Shown in pieces: positions 17,372 through 26,699 of a stretch of 64,000 nt of DNA (the first letter of the stretch is position 1; each line of letters opens with the position of its first letter). Both the position numbers and the translations under genes were made by a program. The stretch is from positions 1-64,000 of the forward strand of contig JBEKCB010000012.1 in assembly GCA_050015075.1 (NCBI GenBank), in the 5' to 3' direction. The stretch is from Candidatus Brocadiia bacterium (lineage in GTDB: Bacteria > Planctomycetota > Brocadiia > CAIUPP01). Under the pieces are notes generated by a model that saw only the letters and a program-made list of their open reading frames with translations, did not search any database and was not told the DNA's origin.

Positions 17372-18361
17372 TCAGACCAGCTTGACTTTGGAGAGGACCT
17401 CGGGGTTGACGACCGCGCCCGGCTTCTTCCCACAGCAGACCAGCGCCACGTTGCGGCCGATGCTGGCCTGGAGATCCACGATTGAGTCCTCGGAATACCA
17501 GGCGACGTGCGGCGTCAGGACCGCGTTTTCGAGCTTGAGGAGCGCCTCGCCCGCGGCCGGCGGCTCCTGCGGAAGCACGTCCAGCCCGGCGCCGGCGATC
17601 TTTTTGGTCCGCAGCGCTTCCGTGAGCGCGGGCAGGTCCACGATGCCGCCGCGCGCGGTGTTGATGAGGAACGCGGTGCGCTTCATCTTGCCGAAAGCCT
17701 CGCGGCCGAAAAGCCCCTTCGTCTCCGCGGTGAGCGGGCAATGGATGGAGATGAAGTCCGACCGCCGGAGCAGCGCGTCGAGGTCCACCGGCTCGACGCC
17801 CTCCTTCTTCGCCTGTTCCGGCTTTAGGTACGGATCGTAGGCGATGACCGTCATGCCGAACGCCTTCGCCTTCGGGGCGAGCGTGCGCGGGATTTTCCCG
17901 AACCCGAGCAGGCCGAGCGTCTGCCCGCGCAGGCGCAGGATCGGCCGGCCGACCTTCCAGTCCCACGTCCCGGCCTTGACCGCCGCGGTGTAGAGCGCCG
18001 TGCGCCGCGCGCAGGAGAGCAGCAGCGCCATCGCGTGGTCGCTGACCTCGTCTTCGCAGTACGAGGGGACGTTCGTGACGACGACGTTGTGCTTTGTGGC
18101 AGCGGGGACGTCAATCACGTCGTAACCGATGCCGGTGCGGCCGACCGCTTTCAGCTTCGGGCAGGAGCTGAACACCTGCTCGCCGATCGGCGAGAGGTAC
18201 TGGATGATCCAGCCATCCGCGTCGCCGGCCCAGCCGATGGCCTCGGCGATGTCCTTGCAGCGGCGATGCACGAACGCGCCGCCGAGCTTCTCCACTTCCG
18301 CCTGAATCGGCGCGAGTGAATCGTAATCGTAGTCCACCATCGCGACCTTGAACTTGGCCAT
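17372..18361 (-). CDS. D-2-hydroxyacid dehydrogenase (CtBP/SerA-like)
   Basis: GIGYDVID, GLLGFGKI, SIHCPLT, INTARG, LDV and TPHVAWYS motifs. Confidence 0.9.
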   Translation of the reverse strand: MAKFKVAMVDYDYDSLAPIQAEVEKLGGAFVHRRCKDIAEAIGWAGDADGWIIQYLSPIGEQVFSSCPKLKAVGRTGIGYDVIDVPAATKHNVVVTNVPSYCEDEVSDHAMALLLSCARRTALYTAAVKAGTWDWKVGRPILRLRGQTLGLLGFGKIPRTLAPKAKAFGMTVIAYDPYLKPEQAKKEGVEPVDLDALLRRSDFISIHCPLTAETKGLFGREAFGKMKRTAFLINTARGGIVDLPALTEALRTKKIAGAGLDVLPQEPPAAGEALLKLENAVLTPHVAWYSEDSIVDLQASIGRNVALVCCGKKPGAVVNPEVLSKVKLV

Positions 18362-18446
18362 ATTGCCTCCAGAGTGGTCCTTGGACCCTGCATGGAAAGA
18401 CATCTTTTACCGCAAAACGGCGCGTCGCGCAAGGCATCGCCGGAGG

Positions 18447-19712
18447 TCACGCGAGGGCGCGCTCCAGCGTCAGCAGCACGATCTCGGCCGGGGCGCCGAT
18501 CCGGAGCGGGAACCAGTTCCCGACGCCGTTCGACACCACCAGCGAGGAGCCGTTCCTTCGATAGAGGCCGGACCAATAGCGGAAAAGGACCGGCCCGGCG
18601 CCGATGTGGTCCGTGAGCATGATCTGGCCGCCGTGGCTGTGTCCCGAAAGCGTCAACGGCAGCCCGGCGGCGACGGCGGCGTCGAAGGCGTGGGGGTGAT
18701 GGGCCAGCAGGATCGGGAACTCGTCCGGCCGGCGGAAGCGCGAGAGCGTGCGCCGCAGGCCGGAGCGGAGGTCCGCGTCGCTGCGGTACCAGTTCAGGCC
18801 CAGGAGCTGGACGCCGGTCCCGCGGACGCGCAGGCTCATGGCCCCGTCCACCAGCAGCGGGATGCCCGAGGCCTTGACCTCGCGCACGAAGTGAGTGCCG
18901 TCGCGCATGACGTCATGGTTGCCCACGCACATCGCCAGCCCATCGGGCGCGGCGGGGCGCATTTTCTTCAGCTCGGCCGTCAGAGCCGGCAGGTCGCCGA
19001 ATCCGGAGTCAATCAAGTCGCCGGTGAAGAGGATCAGGTCGGCGCCCAGCGCGTTGGTGTCGGCGATGATCCCGGGCAGGTCGTCCATCTGCAGGAATCG
19101 GCTGATGTGGGTGTCGGTCACGTGGGCGATGCTCAGGCCGTCGAGCGCGGCCGGCAGACCGGGCACGGGAACGCGGATCCGGCGGATGCGGTACCGGTCC
19201 CGCTGCCACATCGCCGCGCCGACGGCCGCGCCCAGGGCCAGCGGCGGCAGCGCGACAGCGGCCGCGGCGAGCAGTTGCCGGCGGGTCAACCTGATCTGCG
19301 GCTGCGCGGGGACAGCCGCCGGCGGTTCCGCCGCAGTCGTACGGAAGCATGCCGCGATCTTCACGCCGGCCCAGCGGATTCCCCGCCAGATGAGCCTGAG
19401 CAGGATGACGATCGTCAGCCCGATCATGAACGGGAGCAGGACGATCAGGTGCCACAGGATTTGCACCATCCGCAACGCCATCGGCATCGCGCCGTCCAGC
19501 CCGTAGCCCCTGCTCGGCCAGCCGATCGGCATGGCTATCGTTGCGATCACCACCACCATGAAGAGCGCCAGCAGCCCGCGCCACCAGCGGGCCGCACGCA
19601 GAGGCCGCAGGCGGCGATCCGCCCAGAGCCACCAGAGGATGTCCAGAAGAACCAGGAAAACAAAGAGGAGGCGAAAAGTGGTGAACGGCAGCATGCGCGG
19701 GGAAGGCGGCAT
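18447..19712 (-). CDS. Membrane-anchored metallophosphoesterase (YkuE-like)
   Basis: DTH, GDLID, GNHD, LAHHP and SGHSHGGQ motifs; N-terminal TMs; internal TRRQLL. Confidence 0.9.
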   Translation of the reverse strand: MPPSPRMLPFTTFRLLFVFLVLLDILWWLWADRRLRPLRAARWWRGLLALFMVVVIATIAMPIGWPSRGYGLDGAMPMALRMVQILWHLIVLLPFMIGLTIVILLRLIWRGIRWAGVKIAACFRTTAAEPPAAVPAQPQIRLTRRQLLAAAAVALPPLALGAAVGAAMWQRDRYRIRRIRVPVPGLPAALDGLSIAHVTDTHISRFLQMDDLPGIIADTNALGADLILFTGDLIDSGFGDLPALTAELKKMRPAAPDGLAMCVGNHDVMRDGTHFVREVKASGIPLLVDGAMSLRVRGTGVQLLGLNWYRSDADLRSGLRRTLSRFRRPDEFPILLAHHPHAFDAAVAAGLPLTLSGHSHGGQIMLTDHIGAGPVLFRYWSGLYRRNGSSLVVSNGVGNWFPLRIGAPAEIVLLTLERALA

Positions 19713-19714
19713 GA

Positions 19715-20740
19715 TTATCCGCTTTCCTTTTCCGCGCAGAAGGACTTGTAGTCCTCGTACATCTTCCGCATCAGCTTCGGCGGGTCGAGCTGGTACGGGC
19801 AGTGCTCGCGGCAGTGGTCGCAGGACTGGCACTGGTCAATGAGCGCCATCTTCTCGCGCCATTCCTTGCTGAGGAACTGCTGCCAGGGCATGCGGCGGAG
19901 CAGGTAGCCCATGCGGGCGGCCATTGGGATCGGGATGTTCGCCGGGCAGGGCAGGCAGTAGCCGCAGGCGCGGCAGAATTCCCCGGCCAGCTCCTGCCGC
20001 AATTTTTCGACCTCCGCCCGCATCGCCGCATCGAGCGCCGGCGGGTGCGCCTCCAGCGCCACGATCTCGTCAAGCTCCCGCTCGCGCTGAATGCCCCAGA
20101 TCGGCACGAGGTTCTCGAACTGCCGCAGCACCGCGAACGAAGGTGCCGGGCTCGTCAGCAGGCCGCCGCAAAGCGGCTTCATGGCGATGACTCCCACGTC
20201 GCGCGCCGCGCATTCCTCCACGAAGCGGAGTTCCGCGGCCGACGAGATGGCGCTGAGCGGATACTGGATCGTGTCGTACAACCCGGACTCGGCGGCCTGC
20301 CGCGCGACGGCGAGGCTGTGGTTGCTGATCCCGACGAAGCGCGCCTTGCCCTGCTTCCGCGCTTCGGCCAGCGCGGCATAGCTCGAATTCGGGTCGGCCG
20401 GGTCCGGCAACTGGCGCGGGGTGTGCAGTTGCAGGATGTCCACGTAGTCGGTCTTCATCTGGCGCAGGCTGGTCTCGAGGTGCTGGAGGACCGTCGCCTT
20501 GTCGCCGGCGCCGCTCTTGGTGGCGATGAAGAGCTTCGAGCGCACGTCGGCGAGGGCGCGTCCGATTTTCTCCTCGCTGTCGGTGTATCCGCGCGCAGTG
20601 TCGAAGAAGTTGATCCCCGCATCGTACGCGCGGCGCAGCAGGCGGGCGCCATCCTCCAGCGACAGGCGTTGCACCGGCAGCGCGCCGAAGCCGACCCGCG
20701 TGACCGAGAATCCCGTCCGTCCCAACCGAGTCGTCTTCAT
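19715..20740 (-). CDS. Aldo/keto reductase with C-terminal 4Fe-4S dicluster
   Basis: FFDTARGY, ATK, LQLH and AMKPL; CRACGYCLPCP and CQSCDHCREHCPY. Confidence 0.92.
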   Translation of the reverse strand: MKTTRLGRTGFSVTRVGFGALPVQRLSLEDGARLLRRAYDAGINFFDTARGYTDSEEKIGRALADVRSKLFIATKSGAGDKATVLQHLETSLRQMKTDYVDILQLHTPRQLPDPADPNSSYAALAEARKQGKARFVGISNHSLAVARQAAESGLYDTIQYPLSAISSAAELRFVEECAARDVGVIAMKPLCGGLLTSPAPSFAVLRQFENLVPIWGIQRERELDEIVALEAHPPALDAAMRAEVEKLRQELAGEFCRACGYCLPCPANIPIPMAARMGYLLRRMPWQQFLSKEWREKMALIDQCQSCDHCREHCPYQLDPPKLMRKMYEDYKSFCAEKESG

Positions 20741-20802
20741 GATCGCAATCCGCCTTCCGGTTTTCCGATGGGGCAACTTGAAACGATGTATCGCAATGAA
20801 CC

Positions 20803-22824
20803 TTAGCCGCTCGCGACCGACATCCTGAAATCCAGGTTCTCCGGCGGCGGGAATTCGCGGCGCACGCGCGCCTTCAGCGCATCATTTATGGGAATATTTT
20901 CTGCGGCGGCTATGCGCTTCTCGTGCAAGCCGAACCACAGATCGGTCAGGACTACTTCTCCCTCGCGCATGTTGGAGACTTCGATGTCGCTGCGCAGGAT
21001 GCGCTCGACGGCGTCCAGCTCTCCCGCCTCCAGCGCCGCCTTGGCGGTGAGGATCTTGACCCGCCCGAGCTCGCGGGCGGATGGAGCGAGTTCCGCCAGA
21101 AGGGCCAGGAGTTCGCGCGGCCGGCCGACATCCAAGAACGAGGCCGAGCTTTCCAGGAGCAGCGGAATGCACTGAGGGAGCATCCGGTAGGCGGTGCGCC
21201 AGAGGTCGGCGGCCTCGGCAAGTTTTTCCTCGTGCCGGGCCATCACCGCCAGGTTCCTCCACGCCCAGGCCGAAGGCGTCAGCGCGATGGATTTCTTCCA
21301 GGCGTCGCGCGCCTTCTCGGCCTGGCCGCTCTCGTAGTACATGACGCCCAGGTGCAGCCAGGCGAGCCAGTGGTCCGAACGACCTGCGCGGACGGACTCC
21401 TCCAGCAGCGAACGCCACTCCGGCTGGATCATCCACGCGCCGGGAGAATCTTCGGGCCGGCCGGAAGGGAACTCCCCTTTTTCCAGGAGCTGCAGCCAGG
21501 GCGACTGATCGTTGCCGAGCGTGACGTCGTCGAACGGCGTCTCGCCGCCGCAGAACGGCGGCTGCCCGGCGCGCGCGCGGCGGCGCATTTCGAGGCTGCC
21601 CCAGCCGGAACCGCGATGGAGGATTTCCGCCGGCGGCAGCAGAGCGGCCTTGTCGCCCTGCCGGAGAGCGGATTCATGCTGCGCCTGCGGAAGGGCCGCC
21701 TCCAGCCGGCCTTCCACGGCGCGGCGCGCAGCCGACCAATCGCTCCCGTGGGCGAGCGACGCGTCGGCTTCCATCAGGCCATACGCCTCGGTCCAGGTCC
21801 ACTCCGCGCCTGCGGGCATGGGCGCGCATTGCTCCTGCGTGCGCGCGATGCCGGCCTGGATCTCGATGTACGGCCAGTTCGGCACGGAAAGGAACTCCGC
21901 CCAGCGCCGCCCGCCGGGACCGGTGCCCCACGCAAAGAGCTTTCTGCCCGGCTGGCGCCGGGTCGAGGTCTGAACCAGGCCGCGCCCTTCCTTGTCCAAC
22001 GCGGTAACCCAGGGCCGGTGCCCGCGCGGAATCTCAAAGAAGATGCTCGCCGCCGAACTCATGTTGGTGGGATACGTCTTGTCCACGCCCTCGTGGACCG
22101 GAATCTCGCCGCGGAGCAGCATGCCCTGGCCGTGAAGGAGCGCATGATCGGCCGGGACGATGACGCGGACATCCGGGCGCTCGGCCACGGCGATGTTGGA
22201 CCACCACCACATGGGAACTTCGACGTCGCTGGGGTTGACGATGCGCATGTGCGCGAACAACCAGGGGGAACCTTCCGGCAGGGAAAAGTCCATCTGATAG
22301 GGAGTTCCGCGGACGCGGTCCCATTCGTATATGCGAAGGATCTGGTTTCCGTTTCCGCCGTCCACGCGCGCGGCGAAGAGCGGAGAACAGGTATAGGGCG
22401 TGTGGCCGTAGATGCCGACGTTCCACTCCACTCCACCGCTGAACCAGGCGTCCCGCACGGCCAGGTTGGCCGGCTGGAAGACGGGGTTCAGATAGAGCAA
22501 TTCGCGCCGGGCGGGTTTGTGATAGAGCGACCAGAGCCGGCCGCCGAGTTCGATGAGGAACGTGGCCCGGAGGATGTCGTTCTCAAGAACGAGGGCCTTG
22601 AACGAGCGGACGCGCCGGCGGCGGTTGTAGCTGTCCTGCAAACGATGCGGGAGCGGGCCGGCATCGCAGCCATAGCCGATGTTTTTCCGGTCCTCCTCGG
22701 GAATATCGTCCGAGAATTTCGGCGGAGGCCCGTGCTTCAGGCGGTTGCGGAGGTTGGGAAGCGGATTCTCCGGTCCGAGCTGGACACCGGGCATTTCGTA
22801 TGCTTCGACACGCAATTCACTCAT
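20803..22824 (-). CDS. DUF5107-type protein with TPRs
   Basis: LENDILRATF-ELGGRLWS, AWFSGGVEWN, WWWSNIAV and YIEIQAG; C-terminal TPR-like helices. Confidence 0.75.
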   Translation of the reverse strand: MSELRVEAYEMPGVQLGPENPLPNLRNRLKHGPPPKFSDDIPEEDRKNIGYGCDAGPLPHRLQDSYNRRRRVRSFKALVLENDILRATFLIELGGRLWSLYHKPARRELLYLNPVFQPANLAVRDAWFSGGVEWNVGIYGHTPYTCSPLFAARVDGGNGNQILRIYEWDRVRGTPYQMDFSLPEGSPWLFAHMRIVNPSDVEVPMWWWSNIAVAERPDVRVIVPADHALLHGQGMLLRGEIPVHEGVDKTYPTNMSSAASIFFEIPRGHRPWVTALDKEGRGLVQTSTRRQPGRKLFAWGTGPGGRRWAEFLSVPNWPYIEIQAGIARTQEQCAPMPAGAEWTWTEAYGLMEADASLAHGSDWSAARRAVEGRLEAALPQAQHESALRQGDKAALLPPAEILHRGSGWGSLEMRRRARAGQPPFCGGETPFDDVTLGNDQSPWLQLLEKGEFPSGRPEDSPGAWMIQPEWRSLLEESVRAGRSDHWLAWLHLGVMYYESGQAEKARDAWKKSIALTPSAWAWRNLAVMARHEEKLAEAADLWRTAYRMLPQCIPLLLESSASFLDVGRPRELLALLAELAPSARELGRVKILTAKAALEAGELDAVERILRSDIEVSNMREGEVVLTDLWFGLHEKRIAAAENIPINDALKARVRREFPPPENLDFRMSVASG

Positions 22825-22987
22825 GATGCTTCTTTCCGTTGCCGCGCAGAAATTCGGGGCAGGGACGGCAGGACCGCGAATAGACGCGCGAAGTACGCTT
22901 GGACGCAATCAAGTCCGAGGCTGTGTTACCCCGGCGCCCCTTGCTGCGCTCGGCGCCGGAACAGAGACGGCCGAGCGCGGCGCACGT

Positions 22988-23695
22988 TTATCGGATTCGG
23001 ATTCCGAACCCGAAGAATCCGGGGAAGCCGCCATAGAATCGGCCGTAGCCGCGCCCCACGCCGATGCCGATCCCGAAATAGGGGCCGGGCCATCCGTAAT
23101 AGTACGGTGAGTAGTAGGACGATGAATAGTAGTACGGCGAGTAGTAGTACGGCGCCGGCCGGACGTATTGGTACTGGTACGGGTACTGATAGACGACCGT
23201 CGGCGGCGCCGCGGCGGCCGGCGGCTGTTGCTGAGTGTAACCCGTTGCCGGCGGCGGAACGCTGGGCTGCGGCTGCACGACGTACGGACTCGCGGCCTGC
23301 GGAGCGGTCTCGCTTGCAACCTGAACCGAGCCTTTGGCGACCTTGATCACATTCGCCAGCGCGATAGTGAGCGGCCCCACTGCCGTCGTGGCCTTCAGGT
23401 CGCTGGAAGCGGGGTTATACCTCATCTTCAACTGCGCGTCGTTCAACTGAATCTCCGCCCACTTCTGTTCCGCGTCAAATTGCGCGGATACCAGGGCGCT
23501 CGACGGTATGTTAATTTTGCCATAGGCTGTGTCGAGGTTGATGACGAGGGAAACCGCGCCCTTCACCATGCTGCCGTCCGAGAGCAGCACGCTGAAATCG
23601 CCGGCGCCCTGCTGGTCGGCAGCCCTCGCCGCGCCCCAGCCCAGGACCAACGGAAGGAAAAATACCGGGAATATCATCAGTGATTTGGAACGCAT
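22988..23695 (-). CDS. Secreted hypothetical protein with Pro/Tyr/Gly-rich C-terminus
   Basis: Signal peptide ending ARA-A; AGGAGG RBS; low-complexity YYSPYY and GFG tail. Confidence 0.7.
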   Translation of the reverse strand: MRSKSLMIFPVFFLPLVLGWGAARAADQQGAGDFSVLLSDGSMVKGAVSLVINLDTAYGKINIPSSALVSAQFDAEQKWAEIQLNDAQLKMRYNPASSDLKATTAVGPLTIALANVIKVAKGSVQVASETAPQAASPYVVQPQPSVPPPATGYTQQQPPAAAAPPTVVYQYPYQYQYVRPAPYYYSPYYYSSSYYSPYYYGWPGPYFGIGIGVGRGYGRFYGGFPGFFGFGIRIR

Positions 23696-23738
23696 GGTCC
23701 GCCCTCCTTCATCTCTCAACTCGTACTTCCTGTAAGAT

Positions 23739-23766
23739 ATTATATCGCGTGGCCCGCACCTGTCAA
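23739..23766 (-). promoter_or_regulatory. Consensus sigma70 promoter for the 23695 gene
   Basis: Minus strand TTGACA-16 nt-TATAAT. Confidence 0.75.
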
Positions 23767-23829
23767 GACGGGCGACTTGCCGCCGGAAATCCCGCGATTA
23801 AATAAAATATAAACCATAGGATAATTTAC

Positions 23830-23858
23830 TTGACACGGATATGAATCGAGGCTAAACT
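23830..23858 (+). promoter_or_regulatory. sigma70 promoter for the metal-uptake operon
   Basis: TTGACA-17 nt-TAAACT; predicted start site falls at about the ATG at 23866. Confidence 0.7.
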
Positions 23859-23865
23859 GTCCGCC

Positions 23866-24603
23866 ATGGTGGTTAAATTACGAGTTAAGCGGGCTAAAGG
23901 ATCGGCCGGCGACCGGTATCTCCACGCCATTCTGCTGCTCACCGACAGCGGTCGGCAGGCGGAGACGACCGATGTGGCGGAGAAGGTCGGCGTGTCGCCG
24001 GCGGCGGCCAGCAAGATGATGCGGCGGCTGGCGAACATGAAGCTGGTCGTGCTCGAGCCGTACCAGGGCGCGCGGCTGACGACCGAGGGCATGCACCGCG
24101 CGCTGCGAGTCGTCCGCCGGCACCGGCTGCTGGAGATCTTCCTGCACAAGGTGCTCGGCTTCGATCTTCACGAATGCCATGCGCGGGCGGCCGCGCTGCA
24201 GATGTCGGTGGACACGACGTTCGAGGACCGGCTCGACGACTTCCTGGGCCGGCCGCAGTTCGACCCGCACGGGAACCCGATTCCCACGCGCGAGGCGGTC
24301 TGGCCGAAGGTGGCCGACAGTCCGCTGCTGAAACTGCCGCCGGGCGCGGCGGGAAAGATTTCGAGAATCACAACCGACGACGCGGAGATGCTCAAGTACT
24401 TGCACGGACTCGGCCTGAAGCAGGGCGCGCCGGTGGTGTTCGAGAGCGTGGCCCCGTTCGACGGGCCGGTGACCCTGCGCGTGGGCAACAAGCAGGCGCA
24501 CGTGGCCCGGCGTGTGGCCGAGGTGCTGTACCTGCAAGGCGGCGAAGCGTCACCCAGCGGTGTCGTCCCGGCGCGGCCGGACAGCGAGAAGATCGTCGGA
24601 TAG
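23866..24603 (+). CDS. DtxR/MntR family regulator with FeoA-like C-terminal domain
   Basis: wHTH VAEKVGVSPAAASKM; RRHRLLEIFL; DPHGNPIP; APFDGP. Confidence 0.9.
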   Translation: MVVKLRVKRAKGSAGDRYLHAILLLTDSGRQAETTDVAEKVGVSPAAASKMMRRLANMKLVVLEPYQGARLTTEGMHRALRVVRRHRLLEIFLHKVLGFDLHECHARAAALQMSVDTTFEDRLDDFLGRPQFDPHGNPIPTREAVWPKVADSPLLKLPPGAAGKISRITTDDAEMLKYLHGLGLKQGAPVVFESVAPFDGPVTLRVGNKQAHVARRVAEVLYLQGGEASPSGVVPARPDSEKIVG

Positions 24604-24926
24604 CATCGCCGGACCGCTTGCGCGGTCAGGGCGATGTGCATTGGAGTCATCGCCATGACTGCCGCAGCAGCAACGCTCGCAAGGGCCGCGGGCCGCGCCT
24701 GGCGCGCGAGCGATGGGCCGCGTTGGACCCGGCCGCAGAACTACCTCTCGTGCAGCGCCGAACTTTCCCCTCCGCGAGCCATTCCCCAGTCGTAATCCGA
24801 TGCGGCGATTCCGCCGCGACAATCAACCTTCGTATCTCACTATCAGTGACCGTCGCTCCGCGCCCGGCGTTCTGCGGGCTGGAGCTTCGACGACAACCGG
24901 ACCAACGTTGAACCAGGAACTCAACT

Positions 24927-26681
24927 ATGAACTTAGTTTCCAAGTCTTTCTACGGCTCGCGCCGGATCGCCAAAGCGCTGCGGCTGTTCTGCATGATCGC
25001 CGGGCCGGGCATCATCGTCATGGTGGCGGACAACGACGCCGGCGGAATCACCACGTACAGCGTCACCGGGGCGCAGTACGGGATGTACCTGCTGTGGTTC
25101 CTGATCCTGCTCGGGCCGGTGGCGTACTACGTGCAGGAGATGACCGTCCGCCTGGGCGCGGTGACCAAGCGCGGGCACGCCGAGGCGATCTTCACGGCCT
25201 TCGGCCGCTTCTGGGGCTGGTTCTCGCTGCTCGACCTGGTGATGACCGACTGGCTGACGATGATCACCGAGTACATCGGCATGACCGCGGCTATGGGCAT
25301 ATTCCACATCCCAGCGCTCGTCACGGTCATCTGCTGCTGGATCATCATGGGCAGCATGATCATGTCGGGGAGATACTGGACTTGGGAGAAGATCACGCTC
25401 GGGCTCTGCGTGCTCAACATGATCTACATCCCCGCCGCGTTCATGGTGCACCCATCGGTCCACGACGTGATCAGGTACAGTTGCATCCCGAACCTGCCGC
25501 CGGGCGGGCTCACGAACGCGCTGTTCTTCATGCTCATGGCCAACATCGGCACGACCATTGCGCCGTGGATGCTGTTCTTCCAGCAGAGTTCGGTGGTGGA
25601 CAAGGGGCTGACGGAAAAGGACATCCGGTGCGGCAAGATTGACACGCTGATCGGGGCCTTCTTCACGGTGCTGGTGGCGGTGGTGCTGATCATCGTCTGC
25701 GGCACGCTGCTGAAAGGCCAGGACATCCAGGACGCAGCGGCGGCGGCCAAGGCGATCATGCCGACGAGCAAGTGGATCGGGACGATCTTTGCCATCGGCC
25801 TGTTCGACGCCGGCCTGCTGGGCGCGGTGTGCATCTCGCTGGCGAGCTCCTGGGCGTTCGGCGAGGTGTTCGGGTGGGCGCATTCGCTGAACAACAAGGT
25901 CAGGGAAGCCCCCTGGTTCTACGCCTACTACTTCTTCGATCTGCTGCTGGCCGGGACCGTGGTGCTGATCCCGAAAGCGCCGCTGGTGCTGATCACCCTC
26001 TTCGTGCAGGTGATCGCCACCACCCTGATGCCCGCGGCGCTGGTGTTCCTGATCCTGCTGCTCAACGACAAGAAGACGATGGGCATTTACTGCAACAGCC
26101 TGTGGGAGAACATCGTCAACATCGCCATCGTGATCCTCGTCATCATCACTTCCACGCTCTACGGCATCAGCGCGGTATTCCCGTCCATCCTCAACGACCC
26201 GAAGGCCGCATGGCAAGGCATCATTGACTTCTTCGTCGGCCCCGAAGGGCTGACCGTCATCTTCGCCTATCTGCGCTGGACGCCGGTGACCATTGCCGCG
26301 GCGGTCATCGCGGCGGCGCTTGCGTTAGAGCTCGTCCTGCTCTGGCGGACCGGCCGATGGCCGCGATGGAGCGCCATCGCCAACGCCGGCAAGGGAGTCG
26401 CGCGGATTCCTGCGGGCGCCGCGATTCGCGCCGCCATCGCCGCGGCGGGCCGAAGCTGGCTCGGCGCCCTGGGGCGCGGCACGGCGGCCTGGTTTGGCCG
26501 GCGCTGGCTGGGCCGTTTCCTGCACCTCACCCGGGAGCAGTTCCGCGGCGTGCATCGCAAGTACGTCAAGCCGGAAATCGAGACCACACGGTTCGCCAAG
26601 TTCTGCCTGCTGAGCTTGCGAATCTACCTGTTCGTCCTGATCGGGCTGATGATATTCAAGTTCATTGTCGCGGCGGTTTAG
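24927..26681 (+). CDS. NRAMP-related divalent cation transporter (NRMT/Mg2+-like clade) with C-terminal extension
   Basis: GPGIIVMVADNDAGGITTY, QEMTVRLG and NIGTTIAPWMLFFQQS; more than 11 TM segments. Confidence 0.88.
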   Translation: MNLVSKSFYGSRRIAKALRLFCMIAGPGIIVMVADNDAGGITTYSVTGAQYGMYLLWFLILLGPVAYYVQEMTVRLGAVTKRGHAEAIFTAFGRFWGWFSLLDLVMTDWLTMITEYIGMTAAMGIFHIPALVTVICCWIIMGSMIMSGRYWTWEKITLGLCVLNMIYIPAAFMVHPSVHDVIRYSCIPNLPPGGLTNALFFMLMANIGTTIAPWMLFFQQSSVVDKGLTEKDIRCGKIDTLIGAFFTVLVAVVLIIVCGTLLKGQDIQDAAAAAKAIMPTSKWIGTIFAIGLFDAGLLGAVCISLASSWAFGEVFGWAHSLNNKVREAPWFYAYYFFDLLLAGTVVLIPKAPLVLITLFVQVIATTLMPAALVFLILLLNDKKTMGIYCNSLWENIVNIAIVILVIITSTLYGISAVFPSILNDPKAAWQGIIDFFVGPEGLTVIFAYLRWTPVTIAAAVIAAALALELVLLWRTGRWPRWSAIANAGKGVARIPAGAAIRAAIAAAGRSWLGALGRGTAAWFGRRWLGRFLHLTREQFRGVHRKYVKPEIETTRFAKFCLLSLRIYLFVLIGLMIFKFIVAAV

Positions 26682-26699
26682 AGAGAATACGGAGGAGCC

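Noticed and set aside
23797-23829. AT-rich imperfect palindrome as a DtxR/MntR operator
   Set aside because: Position is plausible but symmetry is too weak to call.
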